Notes: generated by a model from the letters alone, not told the origin. Numbered from the stretch's first letter, positions 9,261-20,507 are shown. The stretch is DNA of 64,000 bases from Eukaryota sp. TZLM1-RC (GCA_040285825.1 JAUPSS010000008.1:806001-870000); one strand, 5' to 3'. Translations and numbers: made by a program.

Positions 9261-11060
9261 TAGACGTCTCACACGCCTTGGCCTTCTGAATGGTTCTGGC
9301 CTAGTACCAGTGAAATACTCACTAATTGCAATCTCCAGCTGGTTTCTGGAGGCTGAGATGTCCCTAGATCAGTTGGTCTGACATCGAGGGCAATCGAACT
9401 TAGTGTTATTTACCCTTCCGTCATCATGATAGATCTTTCTATGAAAGTCCTTACAGCAATTCACTTTTGCTGAGGTCATAAACTCATCCCGACTTTGACG
9501 CTTTCAAAGTGTTTTTTTTTTGATTTGTTTGAGAAATCTCTTTCGGGGGGATTTCACAGATTGACCAGAAGGACCTCCACCACCATTGCCGAACCATACT
9601 ATAGTGTTTCTTCCTTCAGACAAGCGTTTAATTTTGTTAATAAAACTAGTTATTCTCTTTTGCCTTCGTATGAGGAAATCAAACTTATTTCTTCTAAGTT
9701 TTTTTTCTTACATCACGCTGCAAATTTCCAGAGATAGTTGAAGCATATTCAGGCTCTTCCTCAGATTCAGGAACATAAGGTAAACTTATTTCAATCAGAT
9801 ACTCTTGGAAGCTCTGAGCGGAATAAGTGTTAGGAGTTGCTTGAGTCAGAGGAGGAGGGTGATTTAGTCTTCGTTCTTTTGGATTCAGTAGCAGTCCAAC
9901 ACGTTCAAAAACAGTAGCAGAATTTTGGAAAGAACCAGCAGTGTTAACCACAAAGATTGCTGTGGTTGGGATCAATGGCTACAAAAAACAAATTTTCATC
10001 AGGATCTCTGTAATTGGGCTGTCGTTCCACTGGTAACCGCGATCTTCGTTGTGGATTTGCTTTTCTATGGACATTGGATTTTCGTTTCCTTTCAGCGTTA
10101 TGAAGATCATAATTTCCAGAGGCTCGCCTGGGCTCAAATTCCGTTTTACATGGCTTAATATAAGTTTTTCTTTCCTTCTGGGTAAACGGAAACCGCAAGG
10201 AATCACCATTTGAAAAAATTGTGTAGTTAATAAATTTGGATTTATTAAAAAACCGATAAGGGTTGTTCAGAAGCTCTTTGTTTTCATTTAGCTTTGTGAA
10301 ATAAGCTTCTGCTTCTTTAATCAAGCTGCAGAAGCATGGAGACCAACTGGACAGTGGAGAGAGAGTGTGCCTTTTCATCACATCAGGGAAGTTATCTTCT
10401 AAAAAGGTAAAATATTCAAGACAGATTAAAAGATTGTTGCTGCAGACTCCATACTGATGGGGAATAGTTCGTTTCTTATTGAATTTTGAACAAATTTTCA
10501 CCACCACCAATATAGGCGTTGGCTGTCATATTGAGCCAATGGACCAAGATTTGCTGGTGTATTTCTTGATACCATTGCAAAATTGACTCATCTGGCTGAA
10601 TCAATTGAAGTACACAGTCGGCGTACTTCTTGGGCCAGGGGCAATTTAGAAATTGAGCACAGCCCTTGAAAAATTGCGTTTCCAGACAACAAAACCGTCA
10701 GCGAGCAACTGACAAAAGACTTCTCGCAGATGGATGGCTCGACTGCCAAGAAGAGTGGCAAGACACCAAAATCCATCACCGTCGGCTGAGGTGGTTTCAT
10801 TCAGCGGTCGCCAGGGCCAAAAGTGCTGAACAAGGTGTTGCAGCGCTTGGTAAACCAAAGGATGGTTCTCAAATGGCCTCCTTTGTTTAGGCTCACTTTG
10901 ACAAACAAAGTCGAAACAGAGGCTCCAGCATGTGCCTCTGAGTCGAAAAACTGGTTGACCAACGCTCCCACAGTTGTAGTTTGTAGGACGTTATCCATGG
11001 CCGTCAACACAGTCGGAAACAGTCAGAAATGATTGAAAATTTGTTTCCTAAAATTGACAT
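9237..11060 (-). pseudogene. Fanzor pseudogene, family F2
   Basis: IFSNGDSLRF, FFVAIDPNH (RuvC-I), DEFMTSAKVNCCK (RuvC-II and Zn), CPRC..SRDISASRNQL (RuvC-III), GTRPEPFRRP; clearly homologous to 50070-51066. The 5' boundary (10510-11060) is tentative. Confidence 0.8.
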
Positions 11061-11297
11061 TTTGTTGAAATCAATCAATTTTATAGTTGTCAATTCAAAA
11101 TAAAGTTAGTTAGAAGTGTTTATTAATGATACATATCGTTCAAGATTGCTTTCTGAATGTTTTCCTTTCCTCAGACAAGAACTACATGCTGCAAAAGTTG
11201 GTTAGTGGAGTTTGGTTGGGTTGTCATCATTCCCCAGATTTGCAATTGAATTTCATTTCATCACTTATACCTTTCGTTCACCTTTAGTAATTTAGTT

Positions 11298-11505
11298 TTG
11301 ACTAAATTTTCATCTTCGACAACCTCCCCTTTTGACTCTCGACAACCTGGAAAACCTTCAGTAGTTGCATCTCCATTTGGTCAACAGACAAGTCATCCTT
11401 CTACAACAGGAGCTTTTAAGGCTCAGAAAATTGGTCAAAGTTCAGGAGGTGTATCGTCTTTTGGTCAAGGAACAAACCCACCTTCTACTACAGGAGCTTG
11501 TGTCC
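11298..11505 (+). pseudogene. FG-repeat (nucleoporin-like) fragment
   Basis: SPFGQQTSHPSTTGAF...SSFGQGTNPPSTTGA duplicated unit; no ATG and a short ORF. Confidence 0.35.
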
Positions 11506-11779
11506 GACATCTTGTGTCCGAATGGCTTTCTTTCTATGGGTCCGACAATCTGCTTCAGTTCTGAAAGCTGAGGCCGCTCTACAAGACACCTTTTCCGGAG
11601 ATGATCTCATTTCAACCTATTCGTTGAAAAGTTCACCATCTGAGCTTCGTGGGATGTAGATTCAAGAAATCAATTTTTATTTATTTTTAATTTTTTGGAG
11701 CTTTACTGTGTATTAACATCTTCCCAAAAGTCTTCTCTCTCTGCAGCATCAATTGTTGATGATCAACTATGTTCTTCTG

Positions 11780-11950
11780 TTGAATATGAATATGGGAATA
11801 AGTAATATTGTAGAAATCAATTGCACTATTGTTATCTCTCTTCCAGTAGATGCCACATTCACTGTTTTGACAGCGTAGCAATCTATGACAGGTAACCCAT
11901 TTTGCCTTTTGTTCCACTTTTTCAAATTCTCTCTTTTTCCTTGGGTTGGT
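11780..11950 (-). pseudogene. Fanzor C-terminal remnant
   Basis: WVTCHRLLRCQNSECGIYWKRDNNSAIDFYNI = H.LL.C...C...W.RD.N.A.N (Zn finger and RuvC-III). Confidence 0.75.
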
Positions 11951-12244
11951 CTAGTTGTTTGTTCAGTTCTTCTTTCTTTTCTTTCTTCCTTTTCTCATCC
12001 TGCTCATCATGAATATAAACATTTCAATTTCTTTTCTTAACACACGAATATCACTGTTGATTTCTCTATCCATCTTCCTCTTGCTTCTTACATAAGCATT
12101 TGGATCAGGTACTTATAACTTGCTCATCGTAATACCTTTTCGATCATCGCACGCACATTGCACGCAGTATTTCTATATTCATCTATTAAATATAACTTGA
12201 AACTAGCCTTTCGTAACGTTTTTCGTTAATGTACAAAAGATCAA

Positions 12245-12850
12245 TTTTACACAGGGCTTCTCTTATTCTATGTAAGAACTGATGCTGTTTGTTTGTTATG
12301 GCAAATTGAATTCGAAAGCGCCATAAAAAGATATCGAATCTCTTCATTGTTCTTTCTTGAACCATTTTTTGGAAACATTCAAAAAGGTTCTTGCTTCTAC
12401 TGATAGTCTTCCGTTTATAGCAAATGGGAAAGCAAGAAAAACAAGTGGTCTGTTTCTATCAGCATTAGCTTCTTCAATATATCTGTCATATTTTCCATGT
12501 TTCTTTTTGGCTTTAAATTCAAGAGCTTCTACTGGATTAAGTTTTCTTCTTAAATGGAATGTGCTATTTGCAATACTGCAGTAGACAAATTTAACAACAA
12601 CTTCAAAGTTATCAATCCAGTCTTAGTATACATTACCTCTGTCGTCAGAACCAAAATTATTCAATGATAGTGTTTCTTTCAGCAGAGGCTTTTTGACACA
12701 CGAAATTCTTGCATTTCCTGCCATACTGAAAACAGTGTCTCTAACAGCATCATGTAATGAAGATCGATAAGTTATCAGTTTGTAACAATTCAGAGCATGA
12801 CGCAAAGTGAGCTGTGGTGAATTCGAACAAGTACATTTTTCTTTAACTAC
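12245..12850 (-). mobile_element. Diverged family-A RLE retrotransposon fragment
   Basis: LRHALNC.KLITYRSSLHDAVRD..SCVKKPLLKETLSLNNFGSDDRG; has stops; older than neighbouring copies. Confidence 0.85.
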
Positions 12851-12984
12851 AAGTTAAAAAATCATCTGGAACTGAACAATAATACTGAGCTGTTGGACGT
12901 AAATAGTGCATTTTGAACAGTAATATAAGTTTTGAAAAGAGGTCTAATGTAAGATTTAGTTATACAACATTACAATAGCTATTG

Positions 12985-13839
12985 TATTTATTGAATTTGC
13001 ACACTTAATTAAATTAACTCATAACTAATGGGACGACTATCATTGAACCAAGATTTTCTCTACAAAATCTTGATCTGTTTGCTGTCTAGCTAAAGCTCCT
13101 CTTATTCGATTGAAAAACCTAGGTAGTCTATTAATAATGGCAAGTTGAATTCGAGAGCGCCATAAAAAATTATCAAATCTTTTCATTGTTTTTTCTTGAA
13201 CCATTTTTTAGAAGTCACTCAAAAAAGTTTCTGCTTCAACTGATAATCTTCCCTTTATCGAAAATTGAGAAGCAATAAGAACTGGTTTTGTATTTCTACC
13301 AGCTCTAGCTTCTTCAATATCTTTATCACATTTTCTATGTTTTTCTTTTGCTTTAAAATCAAGAGCACTTACAGGATTAAGTTTTCTTCTGTGAACCAAA
13401 GTATTATTTGCAACATTACATGAGACAAAGTCAACAATAGCTTCAGAATTATCAATCCAATCACAGTATACATCCCTCTATCATCAGAACCAAAATTATT
13501 CAGAGAAAGTGTTTCCTTCAGCAGGGGCTCCTTGATACACGACATTCTTGCAGTTTGTGCCATATTGAAATCAATGTCTCTCATAGCATCATGTTATGAA
13601 AAACGATAAGTTATCAATTTAGAACAATTCAGAGCATGGCGCAAAGTGAGTTGAGGTGAATTCGAACAAATACATTTTTCTTTTGATAATAATTGATTAA
13701 TGGGGATGTTCAAATATAATCTCATTTTTGTTACATTAGTGGCACACAATCCAAATCTTCGTGGTACAATGGTTACAAAAAGTGAAGAATCTGATGACTT
13801 GTTTTCACAAACACCCTTTTCCAACAACAATGAGTGTTG
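12985..13839 (-). mobile_element. Family-A RLE retrotransposon, 5'-truncated, with 15-bp TSD
   Basis: TTACAATAGCTATTG is duplicated at 12970-12984 and 13840-13854; contains CICSNS..HALNC and the RLE motifs. Confidence 0.9.
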
Positions 13840-14078
13840 TTACAATAGCTATTGATTTAACAATATTAATAGTATCGTCATCCAACCAATTAAAAGTTTG
13901 TATCTTATGACTCATCAGCCAAATTTTGCATAATTTCAAATGAACTTTTCTGAACTGGCCTTCTTTTGGTAAAATACTAAGGTTTAATCGAAATAATCAG
14001 CATGAGGTGATTGATTACACCAAAAGTAAAACTAAAACTAAATCAGAGTAATATACACTTTATTATCACCATCCTTGT

Positions 14079-15008
14079 TCACCTCCTAATAACTGTTCTT
14101 GGAGTCCTTGGAGTTCTGATTAAAGGACAAGTTTGTGGTCTAGGAGTATCTAAACGATTAATTAATCTTCTACTACCACTATTGTTATAATAAGGCAAAG
14201 CATCAACAAATCTTTTTGCAATCTGTTGGTGTCTAGTTTGTTTTAATAGTTCCTTTTCTTCTTTTATTTTACGCTCATTCTTCATCTTTACTTGAAAAAT
14301 CATATCTTTGGCTAACACAGCCTTAGAAAGTGCCAACGATTCGAATAACATTTCCTGTTTGCTGTTGGTAGGCTTACTATTCACTGAATTAAGTTGCAAA
14401 GAATTACTCAGCCCTTCTCGTCTAAGTCGACATATATTACCCCGGGACTTAAAAACTGCTACAACATTTATAACAATCCAAAGCTTCCTCCAAACCTTTC
14501 TACGCCTCATTGGTGTCAACAAAGATGCCCTTGACTTCTTTGGGCTGGATGGAGGAGATGCGATCACAGACCAAGATCGTTCCTTAAAAGCTGGAGGAAC
14601 GAACGGTCTGACTTTATGAAGGGGCCGGGCAGAAGGTGGATTTGAAGGTGGAGGGTTAAGGACATCGATTATAGGTCTTGATGAGATACGAGCTGAATTG
14701 AGACGGGAAATACGTGTAATTCTGGGTGAAGGGACATTAAAAGGAGTACTTGGCTGACGCGAAAGTGGTTGGTTGTCGTTTTTACTATTTTGTAAATCAA
14801 GTTTGGGTATTGAGGGTATAGGATTTGTTGAAGGTGTACTTGGAGGTTCAAGTTCAGATTTTCTGTAACTGTCAAATAAATTAGTCATTGAGCTTTGAAG
14901 TCTGAGCCTCGAACGAGAATACTTTTTATTTGTTTGATTAAGATGATGGATGTGAGACTCAAGTTGAACTGTTGTACTATCGATGGAAGTAAGAAGTTCA
15001 TTAGACAT
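14079..15008 (-). CDS. Hypothetical basic Pro/Ser-rich protein
   Basis: 309-aa ATG ORF; RRKVWRKLWIVINVVAVFK resembles a calmodulin-binding-type amphipathic helix (inference). Confidence 0.7.
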   Translation of the reverse strand: MSNELLTSIDSTTVQLESHIHHLNQTNKKYSRSRLRLQSSMTNLFDSYRKSELEPPSTPSTNPIPSIPKLDLQNSKNDNQPLSRQPSTPFNVPSPRITRISRLNSARISSRPIIDVLNPPPSNPPSARPLHKVRPFVPPAFKERSWSVIASPPSSPKKSRASLLTPMRRRKVWRKLWIVINVVAVFKSRGNICRLRREGLSNSLQLNSVNSKPTNSKQEMLFESLALSKAVLAKDMIFQVKMKNERKIKEEKELLKQTRHQQIAKRFVDALPYYNNSGSRRLINRLDTPRPQTCPLIRTPRTPRTVIRR

Positions 15009-15105
15009 CAGCTAATAGCACAAAAATGGCAAAAAGTGGTAACCTGTTGAGAGTACTGGAATATGAAGATGAAAAGAATCGAGTTGCTGGTTTCAAAACT
15101 TGAAG

Positions 15106-15701
15106 CAATGTTAGAATTCCGAACGTTCGCAACCCTTACGAACGTTCGGCCGAACGTACGCCGAACTAGTTTTTGTTCATTTACACGTGTCAACACAGTT
15201 TTGTTTAAAAATGTTTTCCCAAATCCCTATTTCAACTACTACAATAGATTTCACTGTTTAAAAATCTGTATTCATAGATAAATCCCCTTCTTTACATCAA
15301 CTTTCTTCAATGCCAAAGCACCCTGTTTACAAACTTCTAGACAACGTTAATTACGATAAAGTGTCCAAAAATATTACTTCACAGTGCCGCTGCTGCAGTA
15401 AGATGCTAAAAGGTTCAGCCCGTCGCTTTTCCTCCCATTTCATTAAGGAGTATAGAGCTGGATATGCCTTATGTACTCAATTATCCACCATTTCTGTCAA
15501 GGATATAAACACTGTCCTAGGTTAATGACCTAGATTTAGATGTTGTAGAACTTTCTGAATAAAAGTTTACTTTGTTGGTTGATAGTGAGTATAATAGTAT
15601 AGGGAAGGAGAAGATAAACAGCGTTTTGATATTAATGAATCAAAACGAGATACCGAACTAACCGAACGTTCGGCCGAACTAGTTCTGTAATTCTAACATT
15701 G
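15106..15701 (+). mobile_element. Non-autonomous hAT DNA transposon (internally deleted), both ends intact
   Basis: 13-bp TIR CAATGTTAGAATT/AATTCTAACATTG; perfect 8-bp TSD ACTTGAAG (15098-15105, 15702-15709); subterminal CCGAAC repeats; BED-finger-like start MPKHPVY..CRCC..GSARRFSSH..C at 15310-15525. Confidence 0.92.
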
Positions 15702-15709
15702 ACTTGAAG

Positions 15710-16460
15710 TCTTTCTACTACATGAATCATATCATGAACAGCATTGACTCTACAATTCCATAGACATCCACACTTCCTGCAAGTGAGTAATCCATGTCTA
15801 AGGACCGTTGGAGTCTTTGCTCTCCTGTAAGGTCTTTGGTTAGGTACTCGATGCTTCCTTACATTTTCGCCTTCTTTTCCCTCGAGTACACATGCATGAC
15901 ATCGACAACTTGTTCTATATTCGTCCAGCAGCAATAGACGTAAGTTACGTTTTTTAAACATCTTTCGATAAGCAACATTCTTTGTAGGGGCTTGGTGTTT
16001 AAAATTGGTTTGCTTGCAATCAACCATCACTACAATATTATCTTCTGGACGTCCAAACCTATTTTCAAATTCATTCATCCATTTTGCTTCAAACCTCTCT
16101 GTGGCCCTGAATCTTCGCAGTTTCATAAATCTTTGTCAAAGTAAAAAGCTCCAACATGGAGAGAAAAGTTGTTTTTTGCCTTGCAGTAATATATGAATAC
16201 TTCATGATCTAGAGTTTTTTTTTGAAAATTTTTTAATTCTTCTTCCCATCCCTTTACAGTTTTGTTTTGATAAATCTGTGATTCTTTGGCATTTTTATAG
16301 AATTTTTGATGGTCTTTGTTCAGAGTTTCGCTTCTCCTTTGAGGAGCAGTGAGCCTCTTGAATTCCTTTAGTTTTGCTTTATTGTTTTCATTTGCAGGAG
16401 GATTTTGTTTTGGCCTGAAGTCTAGAATCTTTTGTTTTGTCTTTTTGTTTTTTTTCATTC
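15710..16460 (-). pseudogene. Fanzor1 pseudogene (3' half)
   Basis: LKEFKRLTAPQRRSET, KLRRFRATERFEAKW..FG.PED..VVMVD, KHQAPTK, LLDEYRTSCRCHAC, HGLLTCRKCGCLWN; cut by the hAT at its 3' end and by a retrotransposon at its 5' side. Confidence 0.88.
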
Positions 16461-17240
16461 TGTTGTTTTCTATGGCCAAACAATTTGCCCAATCATTCGA
16501 TATGTAATAGTGGCAAACCTCTTTTGTTTTCTCATCTTTTTAACTGTAGACATTTTTTATTTTTAGAAGTAAAATACATAATAATGTCAGGGACCAAATT
16601 TATGTAATGTGTAAATCATATCGAGTAGATTCCTTTTTAGAGCCTTTGTTATCAAAATTAATTCTTAATGACCCCAATATTGATAGTACGCGCTACAGCA
16701 GAGCTTCTATGGATCTGAAAAAAGGTGACTTGGTTGTTTCCGGCTTAAATGGTAGTTTCACTATTTTAGACGCCATGTCCTTGACCCTTGTAATTCTTTT
16801 AACGAACATTTCATCAACTCGGATGTAAATAATCGTCTTCTTGCTGGCGAAAAATATAAAATTGCTAAATATGCGAAACCTGTTTCTTCTGTTAATGAAA
16901 ATTCTCATGTCCAATATAATTATGTCCCTTGGCTTTTTCCTTGCTTGGATCCTTAGGTAAGGCTGCTATGGCTTTCCTTGAGGACTTTGATGTAGTTCTA
17001 AAGGAAAGAACTGGAAGATTTTTTAATCGTGTTTACCGGCAAAACAGGATTGTATTTTCTATCCTTAAGGGAATGGTGAAATTAATTTCTGAGTCACTCT
17101 CTTCTTTTGGTAAATTTTCTGAATCTTTGGCAATTAATTGTTTTGATGTAGGGGAATCAGGTTTTGAGGATGTGGAGCTTTAGTTTTGTATTTGATTATT
17201 TTATTCTTTATTTGATCAGAAACGCTTTTGTAAATAAAAG
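16460..17240 (+). mobile_element. Family-C RLE retrotransposon, 5'-truncated, frameshifted
   Basis: Near-identical to 28985-29745 and 44660-45280 (MCKSYRVDSFLEPLL..GDL..ILDAMS..GEKYKIAKY..QNRIVFSI). Confidence 0.88.
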
Positions 17241-17409
17241 TTCTGTCAATACGACCTCTATTTCTTCCTTTGTTTTCTTAATGACGCCATTCGTCCCATT
17301 CTACTCTTAAATATGTTGGGGTTGAGTGTGGTTCAGTTAACATTTTGGGATTTGGGCAATTTAATTTCCCGGACATCAATTGGTCCCTAATCCCAGGGTC
17401 AATTACTGT

Positions 17410-17700
17410 GAAGCTAATATTTATCAGCTCATCTCGTGAAATTTCAGTCAAGTACGGATCCTTTTCACCTTCCTATGGCTTCTTAAAGAAACTCTGCCCT
17501 GCTTTATCTTTTCTCATAAGGTGTAAGGAGCAACTTACACCATCAGTCCTTATGGAAATTTTGAAACAGTAATCTTGCTTTTCAAAAGCCCTTTTACTTG
17601 TTGGAAAAATCTATTTCTAATATTGATGTCAGAATTTTCCAATATTTCCTCCAAGAACAGTTTCAGAATTTCCCGGGTAATTGGATTCATTTGGAATCAA
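17410..17700 (-). pseudogene. Fanzor1 middle fragment (possibly the upstream part of the 15710-16460 copy)
   Basis: IFPTSKRAFEKQDYCFKISIRTDGVSCSLHLMRKD..PYLTEI, the conserved Y.F..I.TDG.S block. Confidence 0.7.
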
Positions 17701-18334
17701 AACTATGTAAATTACCTGTGTGTCCCAGAAAGCCCAGGTATTTTAGAGATCTGAAGTGGAAATAAATTTTTCTTAAATGGAAATGTCTTTGGCAGTTGCA
17801 AATAGCAACTTGCCCTATATGAGCAGAAACAACAGCCTAAACATTTCAAAGAATCATCCATTAAACTATATATATTGTATTAAATGTATTAAATTAAACG
17901 CAAATATACCGTTACATTGGGTAAAAATAAATGTAGATTGTGAAATAAATATAAAGTTCTAGCCAACAATAACTGTTTCAATTCATCAATAAGCTGGTAT
18001 TGACTTGGAACATGTTTTCAGCTTATAAAAGTATCAACTGAAACAAATCTGATATGAACAGATGAATAGAATCCCTTTCGAAGAAGTTGAATAAAGGTTC
18101 AATAATATATGGGAATTCGCAAAAAAACTCATTCAATTGTGTTTGACAGAAATAAAGGTCGAGAAATTCATTCAATAATTCTTTGAAGTTATTTTTTACT
18201 GAAAGTGCAAATGAGCAAATGCTAATCTCAATAATTTGAAACACTATATTCTGTGATCCTTTCCATAAATTGAGGATATAAATTTGGAACCCCTTCAGGT
18301 ACTGCATGAAAATAAATTTTTTTGGAAATTATCC

Positions 18335-18490
18335 TTAACTTTGTTGAATTGGAACAAATACCTTTTTCTTCTGATAATAATTGATTAATGGGGATATTCA
18401 AATATAATTTCATTTTTGTTACAAACGCTTCATTAGCAGCACACAGTCCAAATCTCTGTGGTACAATGGTTACAAGCAGTGAAGAATCTT
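18335..18490 (-). mobile_element. Family-A retrotransposon internal fragment
   Basis: DSSLLVTIVP..FGLCAANEAFVTKMKLYLNIPINQLL matches 13660-13800 and 44540-44647. Confidence 0.75.
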
Positions 18491-18719
18491 TATTGAGTCT
18501 TTATTGAATATCAGATTTAGATAAAGTCATTCCCAATTTTGGGTACATCATCATGAGCATTAACCCTGTGAACTTGACGAATTTCAGTACTAATGGATTT
18601 TATTAAAAGTACTATCGAAAAACGATCCAATGTTGCGGAGGGTATTATGGTTACAGGATAGAGCTAATTCATGAATTAATCGAACGCATACTGCATTGAA
18701 CACATTGACGGTGAGGGAA

Positions 18720-18875
18720 CCTCAATAATTGATGGAGAAATGCCTGAATATTTACAAAGATGGATTGGTATTGCAAGTTCAAAAAAGGAATCCCATGTAT
18801 AGTGAGGAAAAAAACTCAGTTCTGCAAACATTAGCACTAAAGGACACTTATTCCATTGTTATAGAGATTATCTCT
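18720..18875 (+). mobile_element. Fanzor F1 C-terminal remnant and right end abutting the NOP16 ATG
   Basis: SIIDGEMPEYLQRWIGIASSKK resembles GGERPEYPHRVKVGEGSKK; then AAAGGACACTTATTCCATTGTTATAGAGATTATCTCTACGA-ATG. Confidence 0.72.
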
Positions 18876-18879
18876 ACGA

Positions 18880-19344
18880 ATGGTGTCGAAACCCCGTAAA
18901 AAGCATCCCAAGAAAGTAGCAATACAACATCCTCTTTTGAAAAAGCACTATGATCCTAAGCGTACTATGAAGCAAAACATGGCAAAACTTGGACTTCAAG
19001 TTCGTCCAGGTGCTATTCCCAGCCAAAAACCTACTGCTGTTAGTCTTGGTAAGAAACCATCTCAGCCCCCACAAGAAATTGAGCAATCGCTTTTTACTAC
19101 TCCTCCCTCTGCAACGCCTCACAAAATTATGCCACCTGGCGATGTTTCGTTTGTTGAACGAATGGTAAAGAAACACAAACTTGACTTTGCAAAGATGTTC
19201 CGTGATATAGACATTAATGTTTACCAGCACACAGCAACTGTTATCCGTAAAAAAATAATTTTATTTGTCAGGTTGTTTCCAGAAAGGGCTGCTGAACTGG
19301 GAATTCCGACAGAAGTAGACCAAATTCCAGAAATTGATTTTTAG
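18880..19344 (+). CDS. NOP16: Nucleolar protein 16
   Basis: YDPKRTMKQNMAKLGL and MVKKHKLDFAKMFRDIDINVYQHT motifs typical of Nop16. Confidence 0.85.
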   Translation: MVSKPRKKHPKKVAIQHPLLKKHYDPKRTMKQNMAKLGLQVRPGAIPSQKPTAVSLGKKPSQPPQEIEQSLFTTPPSATPHKIMPPGDVSFVERMVKKHKLDFAKMFRDIDINVYQHTATVIRKKIILFVRLFPERAAELGIPTEVDQIPEIDF

Positions 19345-19476
19345 TATTTATATAGTCATTTTTTAGTTGTATAGTTAATAGTACACTTTTAAATAAATTA
19401 ATTTATCTACCCATAAAAGAATTTCCAAAAGTCTCTTATGGATCATTATGTGTACATAAGCAATGGGATCAAAAAA

Positions 19477-19776
19477 TCACTGAGAATAAGTGAGAGGTCT
19501 ACGGAACCTAGAGTTAACTAACAAGGATCGCAATACAATAGAATATGGGGCTCGGGCTTATGGATTGCAAAGTGTTCCCAACCACGGGACTGGCGGACAC
19601 CAAGACGGCGCCATTCGGCCTCGGTCATAAGACGATCTCTTGGGATACGACTAGCTGCTTCCTTGGTGAGGACTACATTACTGAGATGAAAGACCGATCG
19701 TGACCACATACCGATACTCATAATGATCATCAAAGTACTTATTGGAGTAGCGAGATACAACAGTGTCAACGTCCAT
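19477..19776 (-). CDS. CKS1: Cyclin-dependent kinase regulatory subunit Cks1; 3 exons
   Basis: YSNKYFDDHYEYR|NVVL..LMTEAEWRRLGVRQSRGWEH..HKPEPHILL|FRRP. Introns 19681-19711 (31 nt) and 19508-19536 (29 nt) restore the canonical sequence. Confidence 0.95.
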
Positions 19777-19873
19777 ATTGAAGAAAGCTAAATGGTAAGT
19801 AACACAAACGTTTTCACCCCAAATTCCAGATTCAATCGAGAAAACCAACAAAATCATTAATCGTTCCCACAAA

Positions 19874-19924
19874 CTCTACATCATTTCAAAGGGCATTTAT
19901 ATCGTTGAAGCAGAAAAGATCTGT
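19874..19924 (+). promoter_or_regulatory. Degenerate Fanzor F1 right-end motif inside the 152-bp CKS1/SSU72 divergent promoter
   Basis: CTCTACATCA (10/10 with 4611-4620), then 25/37 ungapped identity to the AAAGAACACTTAT...ATCTGT block, ending just before ATG 19929. Confidence 0.5.
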
Positions 19925-19928
19925 GCCA

Positions 19929-20507
19929 ATGGCCAATTTGAAGATTGCTTTAGTTTGTTCATCAAATCAAAATAGATCAATGGCTGCTCATGAAGCTCTT
20001 GCATCTTCTGGATTTGACGTCTACTCTTATGGAACCGGGATCAGTGTTAAGCTTCCAGGGCCTTCTCTAGAGGAGCCTGTCGTCTATGACTTCGGTGTTT
20101 CTTACCAAAACATGTACAATGACCTCAAGAACAAGGACCCTGAGCTGTATGCAAGTAATGGTGTTCTTTCCATGCTTGAGAGAAATGCAAAGATAAAGCC
20201 TGCACCCGAGAGGTTTTTAAACTGTACTGTTGATCTTGACATTATTATCACTTTTGAAGCACGTGTTTTTGACCAAGTCTTGGATTTCTATTTCAATCGT
20301 CCAAATACAGCGATGAAACTCTTACATGTATTTAATCTAGAGACTATGGATACCCACACTGACGCACAAGAAGGTGCCAGAAGAGTCTCTGAACTTGTAC
20401 GAATGTTATCAAATTCTGATCTCTGTAATGACTTGGGCAGTGTGCTCTCGGAGTTTGAACATCGTGCAAGTTCCAAACCTTTGCTTTACACCTCTTGTTT
20501 TAGTTGA
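19929..20507 (+). CDS. SSU72: RNA polymerase II CTD phosphatase Ssu72
   Basis: VCSSNQNRSM active site, SYGTG..VKLPG, LERN.KIK.APERF, DTH..A..GA. Confidence 0.95.
   Translation: MANLKIALVCSSNQNRSMAAHEALASSGFDVYSYGTGISVKLPGPSLEEPVVYDFGVSYQNMYNDLKNKDPELYASNGVLSMLERNAKIKPAPERFLNCTVDLDIIITFEARVFDQVLDFYFNRPNTAMKLLHVFNLETMDTHTDAQEGARRVSELVRMLSNSDLCNDLGSVLSEFEHRASSKPLLYTSCFS

Noticed and set aside
15119-15170. Repeated palindromic CCGAACGTTCGG units resembling a CRISPR or operator array
   Set aside because: They are subterminal repeats of a hAT element with TIRs and an 8-bp TSD; no regular spacers and no cas genes.
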